Part shown: positions 37,794-50,040 of the stretch, one piece after another
Numbering within the stretch: position 1 is the first letter of the stretch
Layout: the number at the start of each line of letters is the position of its first letter
Origin: Botryllus schlosseri
Lineage: Eukaryota
NCBI GenBank assembly: GCA_051294905.1
Contig: CM119371.1
Span: 11,100,001-11,164,000 of the forward strand
Length of the DNA stretch: 64,000 nt
Reading direction: 5' to 3'
The notes under the pieces: model-generated
What the model was told of the DNA's origin: nothing
Database searches by the model: none
The model's input: the letters and a program-made list of their open reading frames with translations, nothing else
Translations under genes and position numbers: made by a program

Positions 37794-39660
37794 TTTGAAG
37801 AGACTCTTTGGGGTACAGAACTTTAATATACATTTTATTAATATATTCACAGTAAAATATATTAAAACCCGAAGCTTTTCGAGCTGACACTTTTCAATGG
37901 CAATCGTCAGCAAATGGAGAATTTCAAAAACATGCATCTAGCTACATTGGATACAACCAATTATGACGTCATAGAAACAAACATCATGTAATACAGGCAA
38001 ACCGTGAGCGCATCTAGTGGCCAATTTTTAGATTCACTAAAAATTCCTTCTGCTGGCACAAGCGCGGTCGGTGGATTTTAATATAAGTCGATTCCAGTGC
38101 AGACAGATGGAAATTAGTGCCGCCTCTACCTAATATAGAAAATCTTTCATCGCGATAGTTTTTAGCGCAAGTTGCATTCTCAGCCAAATGCTTGCCGATG
38201 GCAGAGTTCATAGCCATGGCCTCATTACGTTCTAGTAATCGCAGATCAGTTACGTCTGCGTCTTCGCGAGAGTCCAATGTGCGTGATCTAATAACGCTCG
38301 GAACATGTTGTTTGATGCGTTCCTGCAAGCGCTGAGTAGTTCTTCCCACGTACCGACAATCACAGTGGCACTTGAAATCATAGACTATATTGCTTTGCTG
38401 AGAAGCAGGAAGAACATCTTTGCGCGTTGCAGGAAGCAATTGTTTGGTGGTAACACACAACATTAGATTTTACGTTATCGTAACAGCGATTTACAGCAGA
38501 AATCAATTGCTTTTCAAACCGGAAAGAGATGGGGCCCAGCCACGGTAAATGTATATATACATTTTCCTCAGACCGTATGTTCGTGTTTTGTGATTTGTTG
38601 GGATTGAAATTACTGAGTTTTCTGTCCACAGAACTCTTGATGATGTGTTCGGGGTACCCGTTATCGATTAGAATTTTGCGGATATATTCTAGCTCCGCGT
38701 TTAATTTTGCATCTGAACAAATCATCAAGACTCTGTGCACCAACGTGCCAATCAAATTTAGTTTACGGCGATTCGGGCTAAAAGAATTCCAGCGTATATA
38801 ATGCCCTGTAAGCGTTGGCTTACGGTAAACCGAAGTGACAAAACTAATACCCCGTTTTTCCACTAGAACGTCTAAGAATGGTAACGAGTTAGCACGCTCT
38901 TTTTCAAATGTGAATTTTAAAGACGAGTGTACAGAATTCAAGTTATCAAAGAAGTCATCGAACTCCGTCTCATTTTGACAGATAACGAAGGTGTCGTCGG
39001 CATAGCGACGGTACATGAATGGAGGCTTGGTTTCATCTGCCGCGAAAAGTCTGTTTTCATGGAATCCCACAAATATATTGGCTAAAATCGGGCCAAGAGG
39101 GCTACCCATAGCTACACCGTCGGTTTGCATGTAGATGGTATCGTTAAAACTAAACTCAACAGAGCAAGTAGCCGTATTAAGAAGTTCAACGAACACTTTA
39201 CGCGAGAAGGAAGGTGGTGCTAAATCACCACCACCATATAGCACGTCCGCACAGATATCAATGGTCTCCTTCAGCGGCACGTTCGTGAAGAGGCTAACGA
39301 TATCATAAGAACCGAGAAACATATTCGAGTTTGGAGGGTCGGTGGTTTTCATCTCGTGCGCGAATGTGAACGAATCAGCGACGCAATGCGAATCATACGT
39401 GGAACGCACTGGTTCCAAAATACCGATTAGCCACTTCGCGAGCTTGTACTGCGCCGATCCAATCATAGAAAGAATTGGTCGAACGGGCACGTTGGTTTTA
39501 TGAGTTTTTGGCAGTCCGTACATACGCGGCCTCTGTGCCCCGACCAGTCTGATGGAGGCGTAGACCTCAAGTGTTATGGAGCCGTTTTTCTTGAGGCTGA
39601 ATAGTCGGCACTGTATCCGTCTTTCGATCTTCGCGATGTTATCGAATTCAGCAGCGGGAC
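37794..39660 (-). mobile_element. 5'-truncated Penelope-like retroelement (RT + GIY-YIG endonuclease), one frameshift near 38460
   Basis: YGLPKTHK...RPI, DIVSLFTNVP, QTDGVAMGSPLGP..ANIFV, RYADD, LPFLDV, VYRKPT; then IVYDFKC.C...YVGRTTQRLQERIKQH...SAIGKHL...C...LES.YI....P.L. CAGTA is repeated at both junctions. Confidence 0.95.
37866..37915 (-). ncRNA. Minimal hammerhead ribozyme-like motif in the Penelope 3' region (possibly degenerate)
   Basis: Minus strand CTGACGA-TTGCCATTGAAAAGTGTCAGCTC-GAAAAGCTTC: CUGAnGA and GAAA cores with palindromic AAGCTT; stems I and II imperfect. Confidence 0.55.
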
Positions 39661-40561
39661 CAGTAAGCCATGTGTGCCAGTGTAAGCCATGCTGTATATC
39701 AGGCTATCAATACACTCCAGACGCCACTACCACGCAGCAATATAATAATCACCACTCTGCCTAGTTTCAAATAGTAACTTATGTATTGATGTTTGGTTAT
39801 GCTTATAGTTAAAAGCAGTTTGACCGTTGCTGCTTGTCGAGCAGTAGGCCTATCTATGTAGTATACGTATGTATTGTACGATGTACGTACACCGGACAAA
39901 GATTTGAAGTTTTGTAGCAGTCAAATAAATCATTACGATGGTTCAAATCAACAGCTGCGTTTATGTATCATAACCAAGCCGTTCTTTGCCATTTCTCGTA
40001 ACGGCATAACGGCAGCTTGCAGTATCTGTATTTAGTGGAAGGTAGAATTTTAAGTTCACTTTATCTTATTCTCATATGACTACTTGAAACGGGCGACAAT
40101 CCTTATTTCACAATTCTTCACTCGACATTTATACCTGTCGCCATAGTTATCCGCTTATACACCATGTTAGCGTGGGTTGTAGGTACAATCAGGACCAAAA
40201 CAGCAATTCGTCCCCCACTCCAAACGTTGGTATCGGTAAGGTTGTAACCAAGTGACAATGTTCCGAGTCACAAGTCAATCTCACTTTTATAGTTTTGACT
40301 CGAGTCAAGTCGAGTCATTTTCAATTCACCCCCGAGTAAAGTCCGAGTCCAAGTCAGCTGGTATAGGGTCCAGTACGAGTCATATTTTTTTACTCGAGTA
40401 CGAGTCCAAGTCGTTATGTTCGCAGATCAGTTTTCTGATCAATCCGGTTCAGCCCACTTTTTTTTTAACTCTGCTCGAGTGATATAGAATCGCTCGAATT
40501 CATAATATAGTAATTTTCATCAGTTTTCACAGTTTACGGCCCTATTTCCAAGTATCTAGAC

Positions 40562-41947
40562 CAGTGGTTCCCAACCTTTTTCCACCCACGTACCATTTCG
40601 AGGTTTTATGCAGTGCTCGCGTACCACCTACATCCATCATTTATGACGTCATAATCACATGTTTGACCTATGCGAGGTGTAATAACAAATTATATTAAAC
40701 TAGGCATTATCAACAAGGGTTGATGATGAGATGCATGGAATTGTTTTTTTACCACCAGTCACAAGAAGAAGAACAACAACAACATAATGAAATAAAAACA
40801 AACAACATAAGTTCATTTGTTTAATGCAGGGGTGGCCAACCTTTTTGCTATTCACAGCCGCATTTCGAGTAGCCTACGGCCGCATTCCAGGACATAGTTC
40901 GTGATGAACAAACTGGATGACAAATACCCATTTTAAACTGTCCATGTCCGTTTTCGGTGAGCTCCAGACTAACATGTTTATTCATATCGGCGTATACATA
41001 CCGAAATTACGAGTGCTCATGTTATGAATGGATATTTTGGTGTCGTCATGGTCGCGCGAGGCGCGAAAAATTTTTAGATTCACGAATGAATTTTGTAATT
41101 AATATTCGTAGTTTCACAAATTACTATCACATATTTATTATTTCTCAGCCAATGCGATCAGATTCTCCGGTAAAGTTGATGGACGGTGTGTTTTCGAAAA
41201 TTTAGGGCATTAGTTATGAATGATGATGTATCTTCGGGTGGACCAAATGTAATAAGTCACTTTGTTGAATACTGCTATTTCCTGACCTCCCATCAGGATT
41301 GGGGGTGTATTGGAAAGATATTGAAATCGCCCAAACGCACCATAGAAACAAATTTCTTTCGTGAGAAGAACACGATTCCATATTGGTATTTTTATATGGG
41401 GTGCATCACTTTTCGTTGCTGTTCACATCTGTACTGTGGTTCTCAGGTTGCAAAGGGCACTACTACATTAATATCGAAAAAATGAAGTCACGTTGAATCG
41501 CGCCCATAGCGCGAAGAAAATTTCAAAATTAATTAAAATCTCCTAAAAATTTGGGAGTAAATTCGTAAATTCAATTTTCATGTCGACGGCCGCCAACACA
41601 TACAAATTGAAATACGTGTCCACGGCCCCACAAATTTCCTTCTACTGCCGCAGGTTGGTCACCCCTGGTTTAATGCTATGGCTGCATTTGTTTATGTTCC
41701 ACTAGCTGGTCGATGCGTGGCATACGTTTGCTCACAGCGCATCGAAAGTCATGCATGAGCGCAACAAGTCGGTTTCGTTTCTTCGACGTACCTTACCACG
41801 ACGATGACGGCGGCTTCAGAAAACTCAAAATCAACCCCAACTTAACTAATAACTCCCTTCGGTCGGAAAAAACAATCTACTCGCGTACCACCTGGAAGAC
41901 CTTCGCGTACCACTAGTGGTACGCGTACCACAGGTTGGGAACCACTG
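40562..41947. mobile_element. hAT Charlie-like MITE with nested MITE 40827-41667
   Basis: Outer TSD ATCTAGAC; inner TIR CAGGGGTGGCCAACC with TSD GTTTAATG. Confidence 0.9.
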
Positions 41948-42504
41948 ATCTAGACTGATAGACTAAATACAAATAATGTGGTAACCAGACATTGGGTAAT
42001 CGCTATTAGTAATCGTAATCGATGACGACGATTACAGAATTTTCAAGTAATCGCAATCGATTACATTCGAAAAAAATCCGAGGTAATCGTAATCGTAATC
42101 TACTACTTCCCATATCTAATTGATTTTTTTTTGTGAAAGAACGATTACTTTTTGTTTGCACAAGGACAATGACGTAAACTGAATATTCTTGAACAAGAAT
42201 GAGATAATATAGCACGTTAGCGATAGCACAAACATCTGTTTTCAAACGCCACTGACCCATTATTACGTCGTCTGCTCGTGATTGCGTAAGAATTACCCAC
42301 ACGTAGTAAACAGACATGCGATGGACATTGTAGTGTGATTGTAAGAACCCCCCCCCCCCCGTGGTGTATATCAGGTTTCAATACTCTACAGAGGCCACTA
42401 CCTCGCAGCAGATATTGATCACCACTCTGCGTATAGTTTCAAATAGTAACTTATGTATTGATGTTTGGTTGTGCTTCGTTAAACGCAGTTTACCGTTGCT
42501 GCTA

Positions 42505-44702
42505 CATGATGAACAATCAGCAGCTGCTTCACAAAAACGACTAAAGCATGACCGCTTTATTGTGAAGGGAACCGCCGTAGCCTATATGCCTTGTTTTCTA
42601 CGAGAGAAAGAATAGGCGCTTATGCATGTAGCGACGAATTCCTAGTTTCAGAAAGGATATACCATTATTTAATACAAATATAAAGCTTAACAATGACACT
42701 ATAATTTGAGTGATCTTATGGGGCTCAGGTTGTAGTACATAGTTGAAGTTTTGAAAGCTCTAACGATCGGCTGAATCAGCAGGTTATGCTTGGCACTTGA
42801 AAGATGCTTGCATCAAAATGTATTCACGTGCAAGTGTTGTCAAAGTCCTTGATGATGACGCAGAAAAAAGGTGTAAAAGTAAGCACATACTATGCTGGAC
42901 ATGATATGTCAAAGTCCTTAATAATCGCGCACAAAAGGTGTGTAAAGGTAAGCACAGACAATGCTGCATAGTACATAGCATCCAGCATAGTTTGTACATC
43001 ATATCAAGCATAGTCTGTGCTTGCATTTAAACCTCGTTTCTGCGGCATCATTAGGGACTTTGAAAACACTTGCACGTGAATTCAATTTGCTGTAAACATC
43101 TGATAAGTGCCAAGCCTGACCGTCTGATTCAGCCGATCCCTAGAGCATTCAAATTATGTACTACAACCTGAGCCCAATAACATCACACAAATTATAGTGT
43201 CATTGTTAAGCTCTATCTTTGTATTCAATGATGATATAGCCTTTCTGAAAGTAGAAATCCGTCGCTATTTGCATAAGGGCCTATGCTTTCCCTCGTTGAA
43301 AACAAGGCATATAGGCTACGGCGGTTTCCTTCACAATAAAGCGGTCATGCTTTAGACGTTTTTGTGAAGCAGCAGTTGTTTGTTCATCATAAAGTTCGTA
43401 CCTCAACATACCCTGAATCAATCCTAAATCAATATCTGTCAACCTAGATACAATGCGCTTTCAGAATCGCCGCCGGTAGCAGACTCCTTGATCACCTACA
43501 CAGCAAGCTGCTGCTGTCGTGGTCATTGAAGCATAGCAGATTAGCCAATCAAGAGCCGTGGTTTCGTGATTGCTAGTCTTCTCGCCGTTCTATGGTCGGT
43601 GGCACGCCCATTCTTCGGCAGCTACTTTCAAACAGACTTGGACAACTAGAAAATTTTCAGCTTTTCTGAATTAGATTAGAATTAGAATTAGAGCTCCACA
43701 GTTTTTTTCAAACTAGATTAGAATTAGAGCTGCACAGTTTTTCCAAATTAGATTAGAATTAGAATTAGAGCTACACAGCTTTTTCAAATTAGATTAGAAT
43801 TAGAATTAGAGCTACTAAGCCTTTTCCAGATTAGATTAGAATTAGAATTAGAGCTATACTTAGTTCGCAAAAACTTGGAAATTGAATGAAATTGTATATG
43901 GGAAATGAATACAGCAAAATGCAGTTCACATCAAATCACAGAGCGTGGTGCAAAAGGCCGTGAGGCGATAGGCGCCACATAGTTTTGTTTAATAAACAAC
44001 AACAATAGTGCATTCCCATAAACATGAGAATGGTTAACTTCTGTACACCAAGCTTGGCTCGAATTTTACTATACTTTAATAAAATATTATTCTTTTGTGG
44101 TAACCATGGGCATCGCCCATGTTAGTCAGAATGGCAAAGTACTAACGTAAAGTTTTAGAAACTAGAATGCTGTTCGCAGACTACAAGCAACTCTAGCAAG
44201 CTTTATTCATCATAATATCTATTATGACTGCACGGTGTAAGTAATGCGATGGCGGCTTGGCACTGGATTTCCCTGCGCAAGCGGGATATTCTTTTTAACT
44301 CACTGCAATAGTGCAATATGCCTCGGACAAAGAGGCATTTTCAGGAAAACAATAATTAGATTAGAACTAGAACTAGAGAATACGGACATTTGACAAATTA
44401 GATTAGAATTAGAATTGGAGCATACGAACATTTCACGAATTAGATAAGAATTAGAATTAGAGCATGGAAGCATTTCACAAATTAGATTAGAATTGGATTA
44501 CTGGCATTTCGCTCTAATTTAGTGAAATTAGACAACTAGAATTATCTAGTTGTCCAAGTCTGCTTTCAAACGCTTTGCACGAAATCTTAACGGCCTTTCT
44601 GTGAGCTACTTTCAGGCTCAGTGTCGTTTTTTATCAATAATCTATAGAATAAGACATTACAACGGAGGATTCGTAAGATTTTCCAAATTATGGACAACCC
44701 TA
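42505..44702. mobile_element. hATm-derived foldback element, copy 2
   Basis: Arms ~42505-42900 and ~43010-43390 are inverted; the right arm continues to TIR ATTTTCCAAATTATGGACAACCCTA; homologous to 15983-18843. Confidence 0.8.
43633..44562. mobile_element. hAT MITE with ATTAG/AATTAG arrays
   Basis: TIR CAGACTTGGACAACTAGA...TCTAGTTGTCCAAGTCTG, perfect TSD CTTTCAAA. Confidence 0.9.
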
Positions 44703-44899
44703 TACTATGCATGTTTTTTTTTCCTTGGGGGGAAGAGGTATGCATTTCAAACCCAGCTATCTTCTGGATCAGCGGTCACCAACCGTTTTGAAACAAAAAG
44801 CTACTTCTTGTGTAGTGTGTACTGATTATTGCGACAACCGACGGGTTACCACTTACTCCCACCGTTTATCCGTGTTCAGTCGGATTTCTTCACTTAGAG

Positions 44900-47084
44900 C
44901 AGGGGTGGGCAAACTACGGCCCGCGGGCCGCATGCGTCCCGCAACACCGTTTTGTGCGGCCCGCGAAAGCCTCAACAAACGTTGTAAAAAAATTGAGAAA
45001 ATGCGTACAAAAATCAAATTACTGTAGGGAATTGATTAAACTTTTTCTCAATATATTTCAACATGGTGATAATAAGTTATATTCTTACCAGGACCGTAAC
45101 TGCCGCACCCCAAAACCTCCAATGGGAGGCCAAAATTATTTCGTGAATATACTTGAATCATAAAGTATTTTTTATAAATTTATGCAACTTTTAAAAAAAA
45201 CTTCGCGCTGTACGCGATTTACTGTTGTCGAATAACTTGATTATTGGATACTCTTCCCCCAACAAAAATACGCATGATTTATCGAAATGGGCACTTCGGC
45301 GTCGGCCATTACCACGCCACGACGCACCAAGACGTATGAAGTCATAGGCCATGTAATATGCGACTCCGAGAAGTGTGCCAGAACGATCGCAGCTAGACGA
45401 CCTTGGCAAAAAAGGACTGCCCTTGTTCTGACCGACAACTTCGAGATATATAGGGCCACGCATGATTTATCGAAATGGGCACTTCGGCGTCGGCCATTAC
45501 CACGCCACGACGCACCAAGACATATGAAGTTATAGGCCATGTAATATGCGACTCCGAGAAGTGTGCCAGAACGATCGCAGCTAGACGACCTTGGCAAAAA
45601 AGGACTGCCCTTGTTCTGACCGACAACTTCGAGATATATAGGGCCACGCATGATTTATCGAAATGGGCACTTCGGCGTCGGCCATTACCACGCCACGACG
45701 CACCAAGATATATGAAGTTATAGGCCATGTAATATGCGACTCCGAGAAGTGTGCCAGAACGATCCCAGCAAGACGACCTTGGCAAAAAAGGACTGCCCTT
45801 GTTCTGACCGACAACTTCGAGATGTATAGGGCCTATGTTCAATTGTTCATGGGCGCCTAAATGGCTGGCGCCGAATGTTCCTGTCCTGGCGATCTGATCA
45901 CAAGACAAATGTAATGTCGAGGTAAAGGTAACATTATTTGCCTGTAAAGAAATACCAATTTGAAAACGTATATTACGTATTTTAGTTTAGTACGTTTGGG
46001 CGATTTCAATATCTTTTGACACAGCAGATAGGAGGTCACGAAATAGCATCATGTAACGAAGTCATTATACCAACGTGTAATGTTTATTTATTATTTAGGG
46101 TTCCTACCTTTTCCAACACACCTCACATAGCTCTACCGGTAAATCTGATTACGTGGGCAGAGAGAGGATAAAAATGATAGCAATATATATGCAATTCTCG
46201 ATTATATCATAAATTATAGCAATTTTATAGCAATATAGCAATTTTTCGCACTTCGCGCATTAAGACGAAGCAAGCACTAAAAGGATACTCAATGTACATG
46301 ATAAGTAGGGGCAAACAGCGTATAGCAGAAGTTCTGTTTATCACCTTATGTGGGGGTTCAAGACCAACGTTTTGGGGGGCCTAGTGCTGTTACGACCCTG
46401 ATGCTTATCATAGTATTTTTTTAAATCCATTGATGGCGCGATAGTCCGACCTTGAGGCCCATGTATTTTTGCAAGGTTGGAATTGCTCACAGAAAGTGAA
46501 ATGACTTAATTCGGACCACGACTGTGATTTTAGATTGGCAACACGAGCAAGTTTATTACTTTCAGTTCTGTACTTGGAAAAACCGCTTCGCGAGTGTGTT
46601 ATATAGATTGGTTATTTGTATGTGGAGAAGTATTTATATTTATAATATTTATATTTTGTGAGAAGCGTATTTAAAGGTAACATGAGGGTTGTGATGCTGT
46701 CAGCATTGTGTGTCCTGGAGTTGAACCAAAAGTACAATGAGCATAGCATATCTATGAACAGATCGCTGCGAGCAGACTCAATTTTACATCTAGTTAAGAA
46801 TCGGGACAACCGACTTTCATTTCTAAGTTGGACCATGAGGACAACCAGCTTATAAACTCTCGCCAATGTTTCTAACGCGTATACGCTATCATCAAATCGA
46901 TGTCTGGTTTCTTTTGAACATACAAATACATATATAATATTTCCATGTCATCGGTCACTATATAGCCTAATCATATTACAATATTGGATTTGGGCTTATA
47001 CTATCCCAATTTTATATTGTGCGGCCCGCGAATGGATTCAAATGTTGAATGCGGCCCGCGAGCTAAAAAGTTTGCCCACCCCTG
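44900..47084. mobile_element. hAT Charlie-like MITE (4093 family) with nested element 45089-46400
   Basis: Perfect TSD ACTTAGAG; inner TIR CAGGACCGTAAC/GTTACGACCCTG, TSD ATTCTTAC/ATGCTTAT. Confidence 0.85.
45271..45833. repeat. Tandem repeat, 188-bp unit x3
   Basis: Units start at 45271, 45459 and 45647 and are near-identical; they explain the repeated short ORFs. Confidence 0.95.
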
Positions 47085-48899
47085 ACTTAGAGTAAAACAA
47101 CCAGATCACTGGGCCGGGTTTCCGCCCCCAAGAACAAAAAACGCTCACTCGCCGGGACTCACACCAGTTCCTCCGGGCTCAGTTGGGTGCTATAAATCAT
47201 CCACTATAAAGTTGGGCAATTGGTATATTATGACGTAATAAGCAAATGACGCATGATGTATCAAGAGAGTGGATATCTCATTAAGCCTTTTCATCGCAAT
47301 CCTTGTATTGTCTTCCAATATATCATTTAAGATTATAGTCCTAAGAAGCAAACCAAATGTAATCGTGAGTAATCGTAATTACTTTTCCAATGTAGGCCTA
47401 ATCGTAATCGTAATCGACTACTTCCTGATTTTGCTGTAATCGTAATCGCGTGATTCCGAAGTTATCGTAATCGCAATCGATTACATTCATGAAGTAATCA
47501 ACCCATGTCTGGTGGTAACTTTACTATTCTTCGACGTTACATGGAATGTCTGTCTTGGTCGATCTAGTCTCGAGTCATATATGACTTGGTTCGAGTCATG
47601 CAAAATGACTCGAGTACAAGTCGAGTCAATACAAAAAATGACTCGAGTCAAGTCTAGTCACCAAAAAATCGCGACTCGAGTAGAGTCATGACTCGAGTCA
47701 TTACAACCCTGGTTATTGGGGCCCCATAGGGTGCTCAGTTTTCAAGTTGATGACTGAATTTCGTCAATATTATTGGTAATTCCATTACATCGCCATTCAT
47801 TCAGATTTACCGGTAGAGCTGGGGGCAAGTAATTCATAATTACAGCATCTGGTATGTTGTTACAATTTCATTATTGTATGTTGTTAGTTCGTGTAAACCC
47901 CTGTCTTTTATAAAATCAAAAGTTAGTGTAGTCGTCCAAACGTAGCAGTCTAAAGGAAAAACTTTCGTAAGACGCACACACAAATTGTCATGTATTCATT
48001 CCTCTGTGAGTGCCCCGGGTGGCATTTGCATTGTTGGGGCTCAGATTGGAAGGACCGGACTATTCGTCACGCCCACAGAGCGCAGCTGCTGACAATGGAC
48101 ACATAGCCAACGTTTTGGCCAAGGTCATTCTTTGGTAGCACACTTTGAGGAGTAGCATGTTGTCGTTTGATGTGTCGTGGCAGGGTAATGACCGCCACCG
48201 AAATGCCCATTCTTATAAATTATGCATGCTTTTTTTAGGGGGAGAGGTATGCATTTCAAAATCAAGCTATTTAGAGACATTAAATCCAGAAGATCGCAGA
48301 AAATTTTCAAGTTAATTAACTCTCTTGAAAATATGTTGATTTACGAAATACGTTTAAGTATCCTTAGAGCTCGCTCCCGGTCCTATTGGGGAGTTTGGAA
48401 TGTGGCAGTTACGGACCTTGCAAGAATGCAAATCGTTGGGTGCGACGAAAAGTCCTGCATAAAGGTGGGCGATGGGTGCATTATGGCGTAACAAGCAAAT
48501 GACGTATGATTTATAAAGAAAGTGGTTATCTCATTAGACCTTTTCATCGCAAGCCTTATTTATATTGTCTTCCAATATATCTTCTGAAATTAGTTCTAAG
48601 AAGCAAAACAAATGTATTCGTGAGTAATCGTGATTACTTTTGAAAAGTAATCGTAATCGTAATCGACTACTTCCTGATTTGACTGTAATCTTAATCGTAA
48701 TCGCGGGATTCACAAGTAATCGTAATCGCAATCGATTACATTCGTGAAGTAATCACCCCATGTCTGATAGTAACCAACACTACATTGTATGAATTACTAA
48801 TGTTACTCATTTCTTGGTATATTTCGAGGAAATTTACAGGTTACAAACTTACTCTTGCACGTTCGAATATTTTTCTCCCCTACATAACACAGTCCATAC

Positions 48900-50040
48900 A
48901 CATATGAGTTTGACACTGGCTCGTGTGAACGCCAACATTTTTGAAAGGTTCTGTGTGAACGCGAACGTCAGCCTCATGTCGTCACGTAGCGTCATATTGC
49001 TAATTCCAGCCGTACATTACAGTGAAGGGATAATGTTCACGATATATAGCGACGACTCGGGCCACAAAATGCCACAATGCTGAAGTACATACTGACTTTT
49101 TTAACGTCGCCAAGTGTATCAATTGAAGCAGTGGAATGATATAATAATCCCATCAAATCAATATCTTGCCAACAACTTCGATGAGGAATTGCAAGCAATA
49201 TTCCCTCTAAGCTGCGCACGTGCGCAAATGCGCAGTGCTGAAACGGTCTCTGCGCACAAAAAATCCGAAGCGATGACTTTTTTAAGTCGTTGCGCAATGT
49301 TCTCCAAGGGACCGCGTAAGTGCGCAGACTAGTAAAAAATTTGAGGGAACATTGCCAGGGGAAAATAGTGTCTTCGCTGAAGTCTGAAAACGAGGTACAA
49401 GTGCGGCCCATAAAGGTAAATATTGCGCTCTGTGAAGAAATGATAATTTGCAAAGACGTGCGCCTCACGAAAGACTCTCTTTCAGTATGGGCTCGTACGC
49501 ATGAGCGATACCGATATCATTTCAATAGCGCAATCTTTGCTGGGAATGTTCAAAGTCATAAATAATAATGGGCTATATAGCTGGAAGTTAATCTGCGAGA
49601 AACTAACGAATAGTCTTCTCCGCGTGGCATGAACATTGCGTAAAATTTAGCATAATACTGTACAATTACATGCCGTGAATGTTCGAAGTCATTACTTCCA
49701 TCAGGCAAATCTGTTCACGTATGATGAGATAGGATAATGCAAGTACAAGCACCATTATTGTTGAAAAAATCCATCCCCTAGCAAACGTTGATCTGTAAAT
49801 GCTGCAACTGTGCACTGTAGGGCGTTGAATTACATCAGCTTCTTAGCAGCACAAATTATGATTTTATTCTAATCGTTTGAACGGGAATCTTTTGTCGATA
49901 AGGTCATACGCGGATATTGTTCTTGGTTCAGTCAGACTTGAATATTTGTATCATTATATCTGACTGGTGGTCATGATAGTAATGAGTGCATTGCTGGTAT
50001 TAAGAAGTCACATCAGTGTTTTAACGCAATAGGCCTACAT
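48900..50040 (-). pseudogene. LGR-like GPCR pseudogene, TM4-TM6 remnant
   Basis: ARGWIFSTIMVLVLALSYLIIREQICLMEV (~49780-49690) resembles LGR TM4-ECL2 GWIF......S.Y....ICLPM; then LYSPLLFMTLN (TM5-like) and ESFVRRTSLQIII (TM6-like). Small MITE at 49196-49354. Confidence 0.55.

Larger units (their letters stand above)
41986..47511. mobile_element. Second GTAATC-array hAT MITE nested in the first
   Basis: CAGACATTGGGT...ACCCATGTCTG, perfect TSD GTGGTAAC. Confidence 0.85.
40237..47711. mobile_element. hAT MITE with GAGTC arrays (GGTTGTAA TIR variant), expanded by nested insertions
   Basis: TAAGGTTGTAAC...TTACAACCCTG; TSD GGTATCGG/GTTATTGG (6/8); reversed fragment at ~59620-59807. Confidence 0.65.
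37413..48766. mobile_element. hAT MITE with GTAATC arrays; outer shell of an 11-kb nest
   Basis: TIR CAGACATGGGGT...ACCCCATGTCTG; TSD ATGGTAAC/ATAGTAAC. Confidence 0.75.

Noticed and set aside
45271..45833. CRISPR array or repeated small protein genes
   Set aside because: Contiguous 188-bp tandem units with no unique spacers; the repeated ORFs are a by-product of the repeat.
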